Below are positions 1 to 9,622 of a stretch of 64,000 bases of DNA, piece by piece. The stretch comes from Armatimonadota bacterium. GTDB lineage: Bacteria > Armatimonadota > UBA5829 > DTLH01. The notes below the pieces were generated by a model. The model was not told the DNA's origin, ran no database searches, and saw only the letters and a list, made by a program, of their open reading frames with translations. Location: positions 32,001 to 96,000 of the forward strand of contig JBBRAE010000005.1 of NCBI GenBank assembly GCA_038207085.1, in the 5' to 3' direction. Numbering within the stretch: position 1 is the stretch's first letter; the number at the start of each line of letters is the position of its first letter. The translations under genes and the position numbers were made by a program.

Positions 1-1103
1 AGCTCGTCTAGCTTGAAGCCGGGGTGCATGACGATGCCGTCGATGAAGCGGCTGTCGATCCCGACGTTTTGGAGCTGAGTCGTGAATGTGTACTCGATCA
101 TTCGGCGCGCCTGGGTAGGGTTGGTGACGAGCACGGCGGGCAGGCTCCAGCGCATCGCGTCGCGGTCGCGGTAGGCGGCGCTTGAGTTGCAGCGGCTGCT
201 CCTGCCGGTCACGAGCACGAGGTCCTCGGTGTCGAGGGTCATCCCCTGTGAGAAGAAATAGTTGTAGAACGCGTTCAGGTTCAAGATGCGGTCGAGGTGA
301 TCGTCTTTGACGCTCAGTTTGTGCGCCTCAAGCCAGCCCGCGAGGTCCGAGTAGAGGTTCTCCCAACCGCGCCGCTCAATATCTACCGCAGACGACACCG
401 CCGAGGTCTCCTCAAGCCCGAGGCCGACGCAAAGGGCGATTGTGCGGTGCTCGCCGGGAGCAAGGGTGACCGGAAGCGAAAGCGAATAGCGCATCCCCTG
501 CCCTGCTCCAGCCGAGACCTCGCCTTCGTCGGCCCTGCCGGTGAGCATCAGGCGCGAGGCATCGCTTTGAAGCTCGACCAGCATCGGCTCGGAGGGCCGA
601 AATGCCAGGGCGAACTGCGGCGTGCCTGCTCGAAACTCAAGGAAAGGCGTCCCGCCGTGCCAGGGGGAGACGGATGCGAAGCGCTTGCCGTCGACCTGCT
701 TTGAGACGTTCAGGACGTGCCAGGTGTCCTTCCAGTTGCCATGCCAGCCGATTTCGGCCTCGATCGGCTCGTCGGAGCGGGAGGCAACCTCGATCACCCA
801 CACGAACCCGCGCTGGACAAGCGGCGCAAATATCCGCGAGCGCACCTCAAGGTTGGACTCGGTGAGGCTAAAGGACGGTATCCAGTAGCGCTCCTGCACC
901 CAGGTCGCCGCCGACATATCGAGCGCGCGCCCGCCGACACGGATCTGCGGCTGAAGAAGCGGCTCATCTTCTGTCCCCCGAAGCTCGACCACTGCACGGG
1001 ATCGCATATTAAGAAACCCGATATCGAGTATCCCGCAGTTTTTCGCGAGCACGTCGGGGATGGAGATGAACCTGTTTCCGGTTGAGTAGCGGCGCTCTGC
1101 CAT
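1..1103 (-). CDS. Glycoside hydrolase family 125-like (DUF1237, alpha-mannosidase-like) protein; 3' end runs off the window
   Basis: Absent from the ORF track because no stop lies in the window. I read both ends by hand and they are in one frame: ATG at 1103 gives MAERRYSTGNRFISIPDV..., and the far end reads NAFYNYFFSQGMTLDTEDLVLVTGRSS...AAYRDRD...IDGIVMHPGFKLDEL. Family call is from recalled motifs. Confidence 0.65.
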   Translation of the reverse strand, partial: MAERRYSTGNRFISIPDVLAKNCGILDIGFLNMRSRAVVELRGTEDEPLLQPQIRVGGRALDMSAATWVQERYWIPSFSLTESNLEVRSRIFAPLVQRGFVWVIEVASRSDEPIEAEIGWHGNWKDTWHVLNVSKQVDGKRFASVSPWHGGTPFLEFRAGTPQFALAFRPSEPMLVELQSDASRLMLTGRADEGEVSAGAGQGMRYSLSLPVTLAPGEHRTIALCVGLGLEETSAVSSAVDIERRGWENLYSDLAGWLEAHKLSVKDDHLDRILNLNAFYNYFFSQGMTLDTEDLVLVTGRSSRCNSSAAYRDRDAMRWSLPAVLVTNPTQARRMIEYTFTTQLQNVGIDSRFIDGIVMHPGFKLDE

Positions 1104-1107
1104 TGTT

Positions 1108-2388
1108 TTACCGATCTATTTTGCGCATCACAAGCCCCGAAAGGAGCTTGGGATAAAAGTAAGTTGCCTTCTGCGGCATTCTGTCCCCGGCCTTGGAGAC
1201 GTTCAGTATCGCCTCAAGCTTGATGGGGTTCAGTAGGAAAGCCATCTCGAACTCGCCCGAGTCAACCGAGGCAAACGCCTCATCTTCCTCACGGGTGTAG
1301 ACGACGAACCCGCCCTGTCGCACCTGCTCGGCGTCGATCCCGAGGATGCCGTCGAGTATGATCTGGTGAAGGACGAAGAGATCGAGCGACTTCAGCGCGG
1401 GCGAACCCGGCACGCTCTCGACGGTCCCTTCGCGAGGAACGGCGATATAGGCGCGTCCCGGCCGGTAGATCCCGATGCCGCGGCCTTTGAACTTCTCCAT
1501 GTCTGACTGAATCGACTCTTTGCTCGATTCGACGATCTCAAAGCCCGAAGCAAGCCCGCCGTCGAGGAGATCGATCGCCTCGGAAGCTAGGTTTCGCATC
1601 ATCCTGTGGGTCGGGAAAACGATCACGTCGGGCGAATAGACGTTGACGAGCGTCATCATCACGTAGTCGTAGGGCCGCTCTTCGCTTGGGTTGCCGTCGG
1701 CTTCGCGAAGCTCGTTTCGGTAGGCAAGGGATGTTTCATAGCGATGGTGGCCGTCTGCGATGACGATCTGCTGGTCTGCAAGCGCCCCTTGGACGATCTC
1801 GATTTCGGAGGCGTCGGCGGCGACCCAAAGCCTGTGGCGCACGCCCTGACGATCTACCGCTTCAAGCGCGGGGGCAGTCGCTGCTGCCCGGTCAAGCACG
1901 GCATCGACTGTGTGCTCAGCGTCGGGGTAGAGCGCGTAGACGGAGTCAAGGTTCGCTTTGACCGCTCGAATAAGCGGCGCGAGGTGCGATTTGGGCTTGG
2001 CAAGCGTGTTTTCGTGGGGCAGGACGATCTCGTTCGCGTAGTCTTCGATCCTGACCGCCGCGACGAACCCTCGAACGGTCTTCGGCTCGCCTTTCCATGT
2101 GTAGCTCTGCTCGTAGACGTAGATTGCGGGCTCAGAGTCCTCTACGAACGTTCCGTCCGCGAGCCACTCGGCAAGATGCCCCGCCGCGCGCGCGAACCGG
2201 TTCTCGTGGTCGTTGTCTCCGGCCACTTCCCGCCCAAGAACCAGCCGCACGAAGTTCTTGGGTGAGAGGTCGTGCAGATAATCGTTATCCGCCGCCGAGA
2301 TGACGTCATAGGGTGGGCTCGTGACCTTGTTCGGGTCGACCGCCGCCGTGTTGTAGCGTATGCCTCGAAATGGGGCTATCTTTGCCAA
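1108..2388 (-). CDS. DUF1015 family protein
   Basis: 426 aa; PPYDVIS, PHENTL, IADGHHRYET and MPQKATYFYPKLLSGL motifs. Confidence 0.9.
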   Translation of the reverse strand: MAKIAPFRGIRYNTAAVDPNKVTSPPYDVISAADNDYLHDLSPKNFVRLVLGREVAGDNDHENRFARAAGHLAEWLADGTFVEDSEPAIYVYEQSYTWKGEPKTVRGFVAAVRIEDYANEIVLPHENTLAKPKSHLAPLIRAVKANLDSVYALYPDAEHTVDAVLDRAAATAPALEAVDRQGVRHRLWVAADASEIEIVQGALADQQIVIADGHHRYETSLAYRNELREADGNPSEERPYDYVMMTLVNVYSPDVIVFPTHRMMRNLASEAIDLLDGGLASGFEIVESSKESIQSDMEKFKGRGIGIYRPGRAYIAVPREGTVESVPGSPALKSLDLFVLHQIILDGILGIDAEQVRQGGFVVYTREEDEAFASVDSGEFEMAFLLNPIKLEAILNVSKAGDRMPQKATYFYPKLLSGLVMRKIDR

Positions 2389-2482
2389 TCAATCGCTCCT
2401 TAAAAATACTGTCGAGCAATTATAACACGAATGGGGGGTGGTTTTGGAGAGTAGTGGGCGTAACGAACAAGATGACTATTAC

Positions 2483-2619
2483 GTTCGTCCGGGGAATCCG
2501 TCCCCCGATGCCGTTTCAGGGGAATCTTTCCCCCAGCTTAGTTATCGGGCATAGTCGATCATTGGGTTGGCGGACAGAATCCGCGGAACAGGGTCGGGGG
2601 ACGTATTCCCCCGACCAAC
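2483..2619. repeat. REPIN-like repeat family B, copy 1
   Basis: Terminal hairpins GTTCGTCCGGGGAATCCGTCCCC and GGTCGGGGGACGTATTCCCCCGACCAAC; similar to the reverse complement of 27297-27404. Confidence 0.8.
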
Positions 2620-2680
2620 AGGACTTCGATCAAGGTCAAAGCTCGCTTGCTTGGCCGCGCCGAAAATGATACCATCTGGT

Positions 2681-3244
2681 ATGATTACGCGATGCGGATG
2701 GGTCCCGGTGGGAAACGAGATATACGAGCATTATCACGACCGGGAGTGGGGCGTGCCGGTCTATGACGACCGACTGCTCTTTGAGTTTCTGGTCCTCGAA
2801 GGCGCGCAGGCGGGCCTCAGTTGGCTGACGATCCTAAAGAAACGCGACAACTACCGCCGCGCGTTTGATGGGTTCGACCCTGAGACAGTCGCCGCCTATG
2901 GGCCAGAGAAGGTCGAGGAGCTTATGGCCGACGCGGGGATCGTGCGCAACAGGCTGAAGATCGAGGCGGCGATCAAGAACGCGCGGGGGGTTCTCGATCT
3001 CAGAGACGAGTTCGGCGGCTTCTCGGATGCGCTCTGGCGGTTTGTCGGCGGCAGCCCTAAGAAGAACTCATGGAAGAGCCTCGCCGAGCTTCCCGCAAAG
3101 ACCCCGGAATCCGACACGATGAGCAAATTTCTACTCTCCCACGGCTTCAAGTTCGTCGGTTCGACCATCTGCTACGCGTTTATGCAAGCCGTCGGAATGG
3201 TGAACGACCACACAACCGACTGCTTCAGATACGACGAGGTGTGA
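2681..3244 (+). CDS. tag: DNA-3-methyladenine glycosylase I
   Basis: RCGW...YHDREWG, LEGAQAGLSW, GFKFVGSTICYAFMQAVGMVNDH...C. Start moved to ATG 2681 because the upstream extension lies in a repeat. Confidence 0.95.
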   Translation: MITRCGWVPVGNEIYEHYHDREWGVPVYDDRLLFEFLVLEGAQAGLSWLTILKKRDNYRRAFDGFDPETVAAYGPEKVEELMADAGIVRNRLKIEAAIKNARGVLDLRDEFGGFSDALWRFVGGSPKKNSWKSLAELPAKTPESDTMSKFLLSHGFKFVGSTICYAFMQAVGMVNDHTTDCFRYDEV

Positions 3245-3291
3245 GATTCCCAGCTGTTTATCGATACATGTTATAATATAGTTGTATATAT

Positions 3292-4500
3292 TTGAGGAGT
3301 TCAGGGAGCTTTTGGTTGGATCAAAACAGGTTCGCGGGATACAGGGTAATTCAGTTTCCGACGGCAGGCAAGCAGGCGTTGCAGGAACTCGCCGGTCGGC
3401 TTTCTCCGCACGAGGATGAGATCGTCGAGAAGTGGATCGGTATGCAGTTTCGCGCGTGGCAGCCGCCTGGGCTTGGCCGCGAGCAGCTAACAGAAATCTT
3501 TGGCGGGCTTTTTTCAAATATTCTCGGGTGTATGGCCTCGGGCGAGCTTGAGAAGTGCATCAACGACCTCGAAGAAGCGGGCGTCTCGCTTGCTCACAGC
3601 AATTTCCCCTACGAAGCGCTGATCATAAGCCTGCACTTCCTCGAAGAAAGCTACATGCCGTTTCTGCTGAACCCACGGAGCGAACGCACACAGGACTGGC
3701 TCGTTCATATGGACGAGTTCTTGCACGTCGGGCTCGCGGCGCTTGCGACCTCCTACTTCGATTTCCACCGCCAGCAGATGGTCGCGGACGCGGAGATCGG
3801 AAAAATCGTCCAAGAGGCGCTCTTCCCCCACCCGCCGCGCAAGGTGAGCGACCTTGAGATTGGGTTCATCTACGCCTCGGCGAGTGATCGGGCAAGGCTC
3901 GGCGGCGATTTTCTCGATGTCTTTAGCTACGGCAAGGGCCGAACCGCGTTTGTGGTCGGTGATATGTCGGGCCACGGGCTTGAGGCGGCATCCAACTCCG
4001 CGACAATCCGCAGCCTGTTTCGCGGGCTGATGCGCGACCGCTCCGACCTCCCCGACGCCATAGAGCGGCTGAACCGCGTTCTGACCGAAGAGCTCACCTC
4101 AACCGAGTTTGCAACAGCGCTCGCTGGCACCTATACCGAGCCGGGTCACCTGACGCTCGTAAACGCCGGTCACTGCCTGCCGGTGATCTGCGGGGACGGG
4201 TGCCATATGATCAAGCAGTCCGGACTGCCGCTTGCAGTGTCGGACCTCGCGAAATATGAGCCACTGGAGATCGAGATCAAACCGGGCGAACTCTTCGTAT
4301 GCTACACCGATGGCCTCTCAGAAGCCCGCGTCGGCGCGAACCTGTTTGGCGAGGAACGTGTGCTTGAGGCGATCGAGGAGATCCGCGACGCCCCTGCACG
4401 GGCAATCGCCGAACACCTGCGGGACAAGTCGCTCCGCCACGCCCAGGGTAATCTGATGGACGATATGGCGATTCTCGTTCTAAAGCGCGCAGCCCAGTAG
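3292..4500 (+). CDS. PP2C/SpoIIE-family (RsbU-like) protein phosphatase with an N-terminal all-helical sensor domain
   Basis: GGDFLD, GDMSGHG, NAGH, YTDGLSEA and DDMAIL motifs. True start may be TTG 3316 after GGGAG. Confidence 0.85.
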   Translation: MRSSGSFWLDQNRFAGYRVIQFPTAGKQALQELAGRLSPHEDEIVEKWIGMQFRAWQPPGLGREQLTEIFGGLFSNILGCMASGELEKCINDLEEAGVSLAHSNFPYEALIISLHFLEESYMPFLLNPRSERTQDWLVHMDEFLHVGLAALATSYFDFHRQQMVADAEIGKIVQEALFPHPPRKVSDLEIGFIYASASDRARLGGDFLDVFSYGKGRTAFVVGDMSGHGLEAASNSATIRSLFRGLMRDRSDLPDAIERLNRVLTEELTSTEFATALAGTYTEPGHLTLVNAGHCLPVICGDGCHMIKQSGLPLAVSDLAKYEPLEIEIKPGELFVCYTDGLSEARVGANLFGEERVLEAIEEIRDAPARAIAEHLRDKSLRHAQGNLMDDMAILVLKRAAQ

Positions 4501-4508
4501 GCGAAACT

Positions 4509-5990
4509 ATGGCAGACAATCTCATAAAACCACTCACCCACGATTTTGACGACTACCTGCGCGACGAATCCCGTCACACGGGCACTGCCGACACTATTTC
4601 ATTCCCCAAGAGCGAAAGCGAAGTGATTGAGGTCGTTAAGACAGTTGCAACCTCAGGCACGACGATCACCACACAGGGAGCCCGCACGGGTATAGTCGCG
4701 GGGGCGGTCCCACAGGGCGGGCATGTGCTCAATTTGAGCCGGATGAACCAAATTGGCGAGGTCGATGGCGACTCGATCACGGTCGGGCCTGGGGTGACTC
4801 TGGACGTTATCCGCGCGACAGTCGCTGCGGCGGGCAAGTTCTTTCCGCCGGACCCGACGGAGACCTCGGCGTCAATCGGCGGGATGGTGGCGTCGAACGC
4901 ATCGGGAGCGATGAGCTTTCACTACGGACCGACCCGGGACTGGGTGCGCGCGCTTCGGGTGGTGCTGTCTGACGGCGACGTGGTGGCGATCCGCCGAGGC
5001 GAGCAGTTCGCGCGGGGCAGAGAGTTTGGTCTTTCGACCGAGTCGGGTCGCAGGATATCGGGGGGACTTCCGGGCTACACTCAGCCCGGTGTAAAGTCGG
5101 CTGCGGGCTACTATGTCGCAGGCGACATGGACCTGATAGACCTATTTATCGGCTCGGAGGGCACGCTTGGCGTCATAACCGAGATCGAACTTGCCCTGAT
5201 CGACAAGCCCCGGGCGATTAACGGCCTTACGGTGTTTTTCCCGAGTGAAGAGTCGGCGGTCGGGTTCGTCCGGGTGCTGCGCGAGGGGGAGATGCGACCG
5301 GTCGCGATCGAGTTTTTCAACTCCGACGCGCTCTCGCTGCTCCGAAAGATGAAAAACGAGTATTCGGCCTTCGACAAGATCCCGGCGCTTAAAGCCCACT
5401 ACCACACCGCGATCAACACCGAGTTCCACGGACAAAACGACGAGGAGCTTGAGGAATCGATAATGGCTGTGATGGAGTCGATTGTCGAGCTAGGTGGGAG
5501 CGACGAGGACACCTGGTTTGCCACAAGCGAGCGCGAGATCGAGCCGATCCACGCCTTCCGCCACGCCACCCCCGAGGCGGTGAACCTGCTGATAGACGAG
5601 CGCAAACGCGCCATTCCCGAGCTGATCAAGCTCGGCACCGATATGTCGGTCCCGGACGACTCGCTCGAAACGGTGCTCGCGATGTACCGAACCGACCTCG
5701 CAGAGCACAACCTTGAGTCGGTGGTCTTCGGCCACATCGGCAACAACCACGTGCACGTGAACATCCTCCCGCGCGATATGAGCGAGTACGACTTCGGCAA
5801 GTCGCTCTATCTCGGTTGGGCAAAGCGAATCGTCGAGATGGGCGGCTCGGTATCAGCCGAGCACGGCATCGGCAAGCTCAAAGCCCCGTTTCTTGAGCTG
5901 ATGTACGGGGCGGAGGGGATTGAAGAGATGCGCGGGCTGAAGGCGCTTTTTGACCCCGACGCGATGTTGAACCGGGGGAATTTATTTTGA
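4509..5990 (+). CDS. FAD-linked oxidase, GlcD/D-lactate dehydrogenase-like
   Basis: PPDPT..ASIGGMVASNASG, GSEGTLGVIT, GHIGNNHVHVN and AEHGIG motifs. Confidence 0.9.
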   Translation: MADNLIKPLTHDFDDYLRDESRHTGTADTISFPKSESEVIEVVKTVATSGTTITTQGARTGIVAGAVPQGGHVLNLSRMNQIGEVDGDSITVGPGVTLDVIRATVAAAGKFFPPDPTETSASIGGMVASNASGAMSFHYGPTRDWVRALRVVLSDGDVVAIRRGEQFARGREFGLSTESGRRISGGLPGYTQPGVKSAAGYYVAGDMDLIDLFIGSEGTLGVITEIELALIDKPRAINGLTVFFPSEESAVGFVRVLREGEMRPVAIEFFNSDALSLLRKMKNEYSAFDKIPALKAHYHTAINTEFHGQNDEELEESIMAVMESIVELGGSDEDTWFATSEREIEPIHAFRHATPEAVNLLIDERKRAIPELIKLGTDMSVPDDSLETVLAMYRTDLAEHNLESVVFGHIGNNHVHVNILPRDMSEYDFGKSLYLGWAKRIVEMGGSVSAEHGIGKLKAPFLELMYGAEGIEEMRGLKALFDPDAMLNRGNLF

Positions 5991-6023
5991 TGTCCTGAGG
6001 CATGATAAGAAAGTTGGTTCTTT

Positions 6024-7304
6024 ATGAAACGACTCAAGCGGGTAGTTCTGTTTGTTGTGAAGTCGGTAGCTGTACTTATTCTAGTGCTAGTCGTAGTCGG
6101 TGGGATTCTCAGGGTTGTGTGGGGACGACAATACGAGGCCCAGCTCTCGGCACTTAAGGCAAAGGGCGAACCACTTACGTTTGAGCAGTTACGTGGAGCA
6201 AAGATTCCAGACTCAGAAAACGCAGCGGTAGTATATGACAAGATTTACAGGCAGCAGTCAAGCCAACCTCAGATTAAGCGTGATCTGGAGCGGATTGGCT
6301 GGTTCGGCAACCCGGACGAACGCAAGAAAAACCCTAAGCTATGGAGCGAGGCGGAGCAGATACTTGCGCGAAATCAAGCGTTGTTGGCCCAGATGAAAGA
6401 GGCCGTCGTATCGCGCCCACGGTATCAGGTGCTCTACGACCCAAAATTGCAGGATGACTATTATGCCCGCTTTACAACTATGCGTGGCCTGGTACGCTTC
6501 GCTTGCGCAGACGCCATCCTGAAAGCACGTGCGGGGAAAATGAACGAAGCCGTGGAGTCTCTTGACTTGGCATGCAAGACGGCAAACGTGACAAAGGGAG
6601 ATCAAATGGTAATAGCATACCTTTTTAGATGTGCGGGTAACAGCATTGCACTGCTTGGCGGTGTTTTTCAAGTGCTCCAGCTCGGAAACATCAGCGAACC
6701 GCAAGCCAAGCGGCTGTTTGAAACTATCAACAGCGCTGACTTGATGACTGGATTCGCAGAAGGCATGCGAGGAGAGAGGGTGTTCTTCCTCACGGATCCC
6801 GCAAACTCACGACTGATGGCCTCTCCATTGCCGCTTGCCTACGCAGATGGGTCTGCCTACTTGCGCTCCATACAAAAACAAATCGACGGATCAAGCCTGT
6901 CATGGAAAGACGCTAAGTCGAAGGGCTTGGTGGCAAGTGAGGATTCTGCACCATCCTACTTTGGCTTCACCACACTCATGATCCCTGTGTGGACCCATGG
7001 CAACGAACGTCGCTTCAGAACACAGGCTGATAATGCCTGTGCCTGCGGGTTCCTGGCTGTGCAGGCTTACCGTGCCAGGTTTGGAGCTTATCCGGCAACT
7101 CTCGCCGACGCGGAGTCAAAACTTGGCTGGACACTGCCAAAAGACCCGTTTAGCGGCAAGGACCTTCTATACAAACGCCAGGGCAAGGGGTTCGTAGTCT
7201 ACAGCGTTGGCCCGGACATGAAAGACGATGGTGGCACCGAGTCGGACAAGGCATATAATTACCCCAAAGCGTCTGGCGATCTCGTCTGGGATTGGAGCAA
7301 GTAA
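6024..7304 (+). CDS. Membrane-anchored hypothetical protein with a pseudopilin (GspG)-like C-terminus
   Basis: N-terminal TM helix; C-terminal GAYPATL...DPFSGKDLLY...VYSVGPDMKDDGG. Looks more AT-rich than its neighbours. Confidence 0.7.
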   Translation: MKRLKRVVLFVVKSVAVLILVLVVVGGILRVVWGRQYEAQLSALKAKGEPLTFEQLRGAKIPDSENAAVVYDKIYRQQSSQPQIKRDLERIGWFGNPDERKKNPKLWSEAEQILARNQALLAQMKEAVVSRPRYQVLYDPKLQDDYYARFTTMRGLVRFACADAILKARAGKMNEAVESLDLACKTANVTKGDQMVIAYLFRCAGNSIALLGGVFQVLQLGNISEPQAKRLFETINSADLMTGFAEGMRGERVFFLTDPANSRLMASPLPLAYADGSAYLRSIQKQIDGSSLSWKDAKSKGLVASEDSAPSYFGFTTLMIPVWTHGNERRFRTQADNACACGFLAVQAYRARFGAYPATLADAESKLGWTLPKDPFSGKDLLYKRQGKGFVVYSVGPDMKDDGGTESDKAYNYPKASGDLVWDWSK

Positions 7305-7306
7305 AG

Positions 7307-8317
7307 ATGACTGATAAACTCTCTTGGGGAATCATCGGGACGGGGATGATCGCCGGCAAGTTCGCGGCGGGGATATTGACCTCGGAGACCGGCAGGCTCA
7401 CCGCTGTCGCAAGCAGGAACCAGGCGACGGCGGATGCCTTTGCCGACGAGTTTGGCATCGAGAAGCGTTTCGCAAGCTATGAGGCTATGCTCGCCGACCC
7501 CGGCGTTCAGGCCGTATACATATCGACGCCTCACCCGATGCACGCGGAGTGGGCGGTCAAAGCGGCTGACGCTGGGAAGCACATTCTCTGCGAGAAACCG
7601 ATCACACTCGATCTGGCAGACGCTGAACGTGTCGTCGAGGCGGCACGGGCAAACGGCGTCTTTCTGATGGAAGCCTTTATGTACCGCTGCCACGCCCAAA
7701 CGGCGAAACTGGTCGAACTGGTGCGCTCGGGGACGATTGGCGAGGTGCGGATGGTTCAGGCGACGTTTAGCTTTCAGACCGGGTGGGACCCCAAAAGCAG
7801 ACTGCTCGATAAGTCGCTTGGCGGCGGCGGGATTCTTGATGTCGGCTGCTACTGCGCGTCGATGGTGAGGCTCGTCGCGGGCGCAGCCCAGGGCAAACCC
7901 TTTGCCGAGCCGACCGAACTGAAAGCTGTGGGGCGGATCGGTGAGACGGGCGTCGATGAGTGGACTGCGGCGGTTTTGAAGTTCCCCGGAGACATTGTGG
8001 CCCAGCTTTCATGTGGGGTACAGTTGAACCAGGAGAACGTCGTGCGAGTCTACGGAAGCGAGGGGAGCATACTTGTGCCGAGCCCGTGGTTCTGCGGGAA
8101 GGACGAAACCGGAGCGAATCTCGTCGTCCGTAAAGGAAGCAATACCGAGCGGATCAGCGTGCCTGAGTCCGGCGGGCTCTACTCGATTGAGGCCGACACC
8201 GTCGCCCGCACGATCGCAAAAGGGGTGACCCAGGCCGACGCGCCGGCTATGACGTGGGACGATACGCTTGGGAATATGAGGGTGCTTGATCTTTGGAGAG
8301 CTGAGATCGGGGGTTAG
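7307..8317 (+). CDS. Gfo/Idh/MocA family oxidoreductase
   Basis: WGIIGTGMIA, GKHILCEKP, MEAFMYR and GGGGILDVGCY motifs. Confidence 0.9.
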   Translation: MTDKLSWGIIGTGMIAGKFAAGILTSETGRLTAVASRNQATADAFADEFGIEKRFASYEAMLADPGVQAVYISTPHPMHAEWAVKAADAGKHILCEKPITLDLADAERVVEAARANGVFLMEAFMYRCHAQTAKLVELVRSGTIGEVRMVQATFSFQTGWDPKSRLLDKSLGGGGILDVGCYCASMVRLVAGAAQGKPFAEPTELKAVGRIGETGVDEWTAAVLKFPGDIVAQLSCGVQLNQENVVRVYGSEGSILVPSPWFCGKDETGANLVVRKGSNTERISVPESGGLYSIEADTVARTIAKGVTQADAPAMTWDDTLGNMRVLDLWRAEIGG

Positions 8318-8324
8318 GACCGCG

Positions 8325-9617
8325 TTAGCGCTCGATTGAGGCTAAAAGCTCTTCAAAGTTCGGGAAAGACGTTCGGATGCACTCGGTTCCGCCGATCGTG
8401 GTCTCACCTCGGGCGGCTAGCCCGGCGATCGCGCAGGACATCGCGATGCGGTGGTCGCCGTGGGAGTGACAGACAGCGCCGGTGAGAGTCGCGCCGCCGT
8501 GGATTATCATCCCATCGGGGCGTTCTTCGATCTCTACGCCGAACTTGGAGAGCTCTGCAGCGACGGTCGCGACCCGGTCGGTCTCTTTTACCCGAAGCTC
8601 GGTGGCGTCGGCTATGGTTGTATCGCCTGAGGCGACTGCGGCGGCGGCGGCGATGATCGGGACCTCGTCGATGAGTCTTGGAATCAGGTCGCCACGGATT
8701 TCCGTGCCGTGGAGCGCGCTTGTCCGGGCGGTGATATCGGCTACGGGTTCACCGGCCTCTTCCCGAAGGTTTTCGAGGGTGATATCCGCGCCCATAGAAA
8801 CAAGCGCATCGAGAATCCCGGTGCGGGTTGGGTTCACGCCGACGTTTCGCACCGTCACTTCAGAGCCGGGGACGATCAGTGCGGCTACGATGAAGTATGC
8901 GGCAGATGAGATGTCGCCGGGGACGGTTAGGTCCTGGGCAACGAGCTTCGGGTGGCCTGTGACGGTCGCTGTGAGCCCTTCTGACCTGACGTTTGCGCCG
9001 AACCCCCGGAGCATAAGCTCGGTGTGGTTGCGGGAAAGCGCGGGCTCGGTTACGGAGGTGTCGCCGTCGGCAAAAAGCCCCGCAAGCAGGACCGCGGACT
9101 TCACCTGCGCGCTTGCAACCGGCGACTTGTAATCAAGAGGAAAAAGCTCGCCGCCGGTGATGGTGAGGGGAGCCTTCTTCCCGCCCTCGCGTCCAAAAAT
9201 CCACGCGCCCATCTCACGAAGTGGCTCGACCACGCGGGCCATCGGGCGCTTTTTGATAGACTCGTCACCGGTTATGACCGAATAAAACGGCTGGCCGGCA
9301 AGCACTCCGCAGATCAGGCGAATCCCGGTGCCTGAGTTGCCGATGTCGATGATGTCGGCGGCTTCTGAGAGCCCCTTGAGGCCGACGCCCCCAATCACAA
9401 GCTCGCCGGGTGCGGGGGAATCGATCGAGACGCCGAGGGCTCTGAACGCTCTTACGGTGTTCAGGCAGTCTTCACTTTCAAGAAAACCCCGAACGCGAGT
9501 GGTCCCTTCGGCAAGCGAGCCGAGGATCACCGAGCGGTGGCTGATCGACTTGTCGCCGGGAACGGTTATCTCGCCCTGAAGCCCGGTTGTACCGCTGACT
9601 CTAAGCTCGCCTTCCAA
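8325..9617 (-). CDS. aroA: 3-phosphoshikimate 1-carboxyvinyltransferase (EPSP synthase)
   Basis: PGDKSISHR, GNSGT, SAQVKSA, ELRVKETDR and DHRIAM motifs. Confidence 0.97.
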   Translation of the reverse strand: MEGELRVSGTTGLQGEITVPGDKSISHRSVILGSLAEGTTRVRGFLESEDCLNTVRAFRALGVSIDSPAPGELVIGGVGLKGLSEAADIIDIGNSGTGIRLICGVLAGQPFYSVITGDESIKKRPMARVVEPLREMGAWIFGREGGKKAPLTITGGELFPLDYKSPVASAQVKSAVLLAGLFADGDTSVTEPALSRNHTELMLRGFGANVRSEGLTATVTGHPKLVAQDLTVPGDISSAAYFIVAALIVPGSEVTVRNVGVNPTRTGILDALVSMGADITLENLREEAGEPVADITARTSALHGTEIRGDLIPRLIDEVPIIAAAAAVASGDTTIADATELRVKETDRVATVAAELSKFGVEIEERPDGMIIHGGATLTGAVCHSHGDHRIAMSCAIAGLAARGETTIGGTECIRTSFPNFEELLASIER

Positions 9618-9622
9618 GTCCG

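Noticed and set aside
297..1085. Several plus-strand ORFs in the track
   Set aside because: They are shadows of the minus-strand GH125-like gene, which the track missed because it runs off the window.
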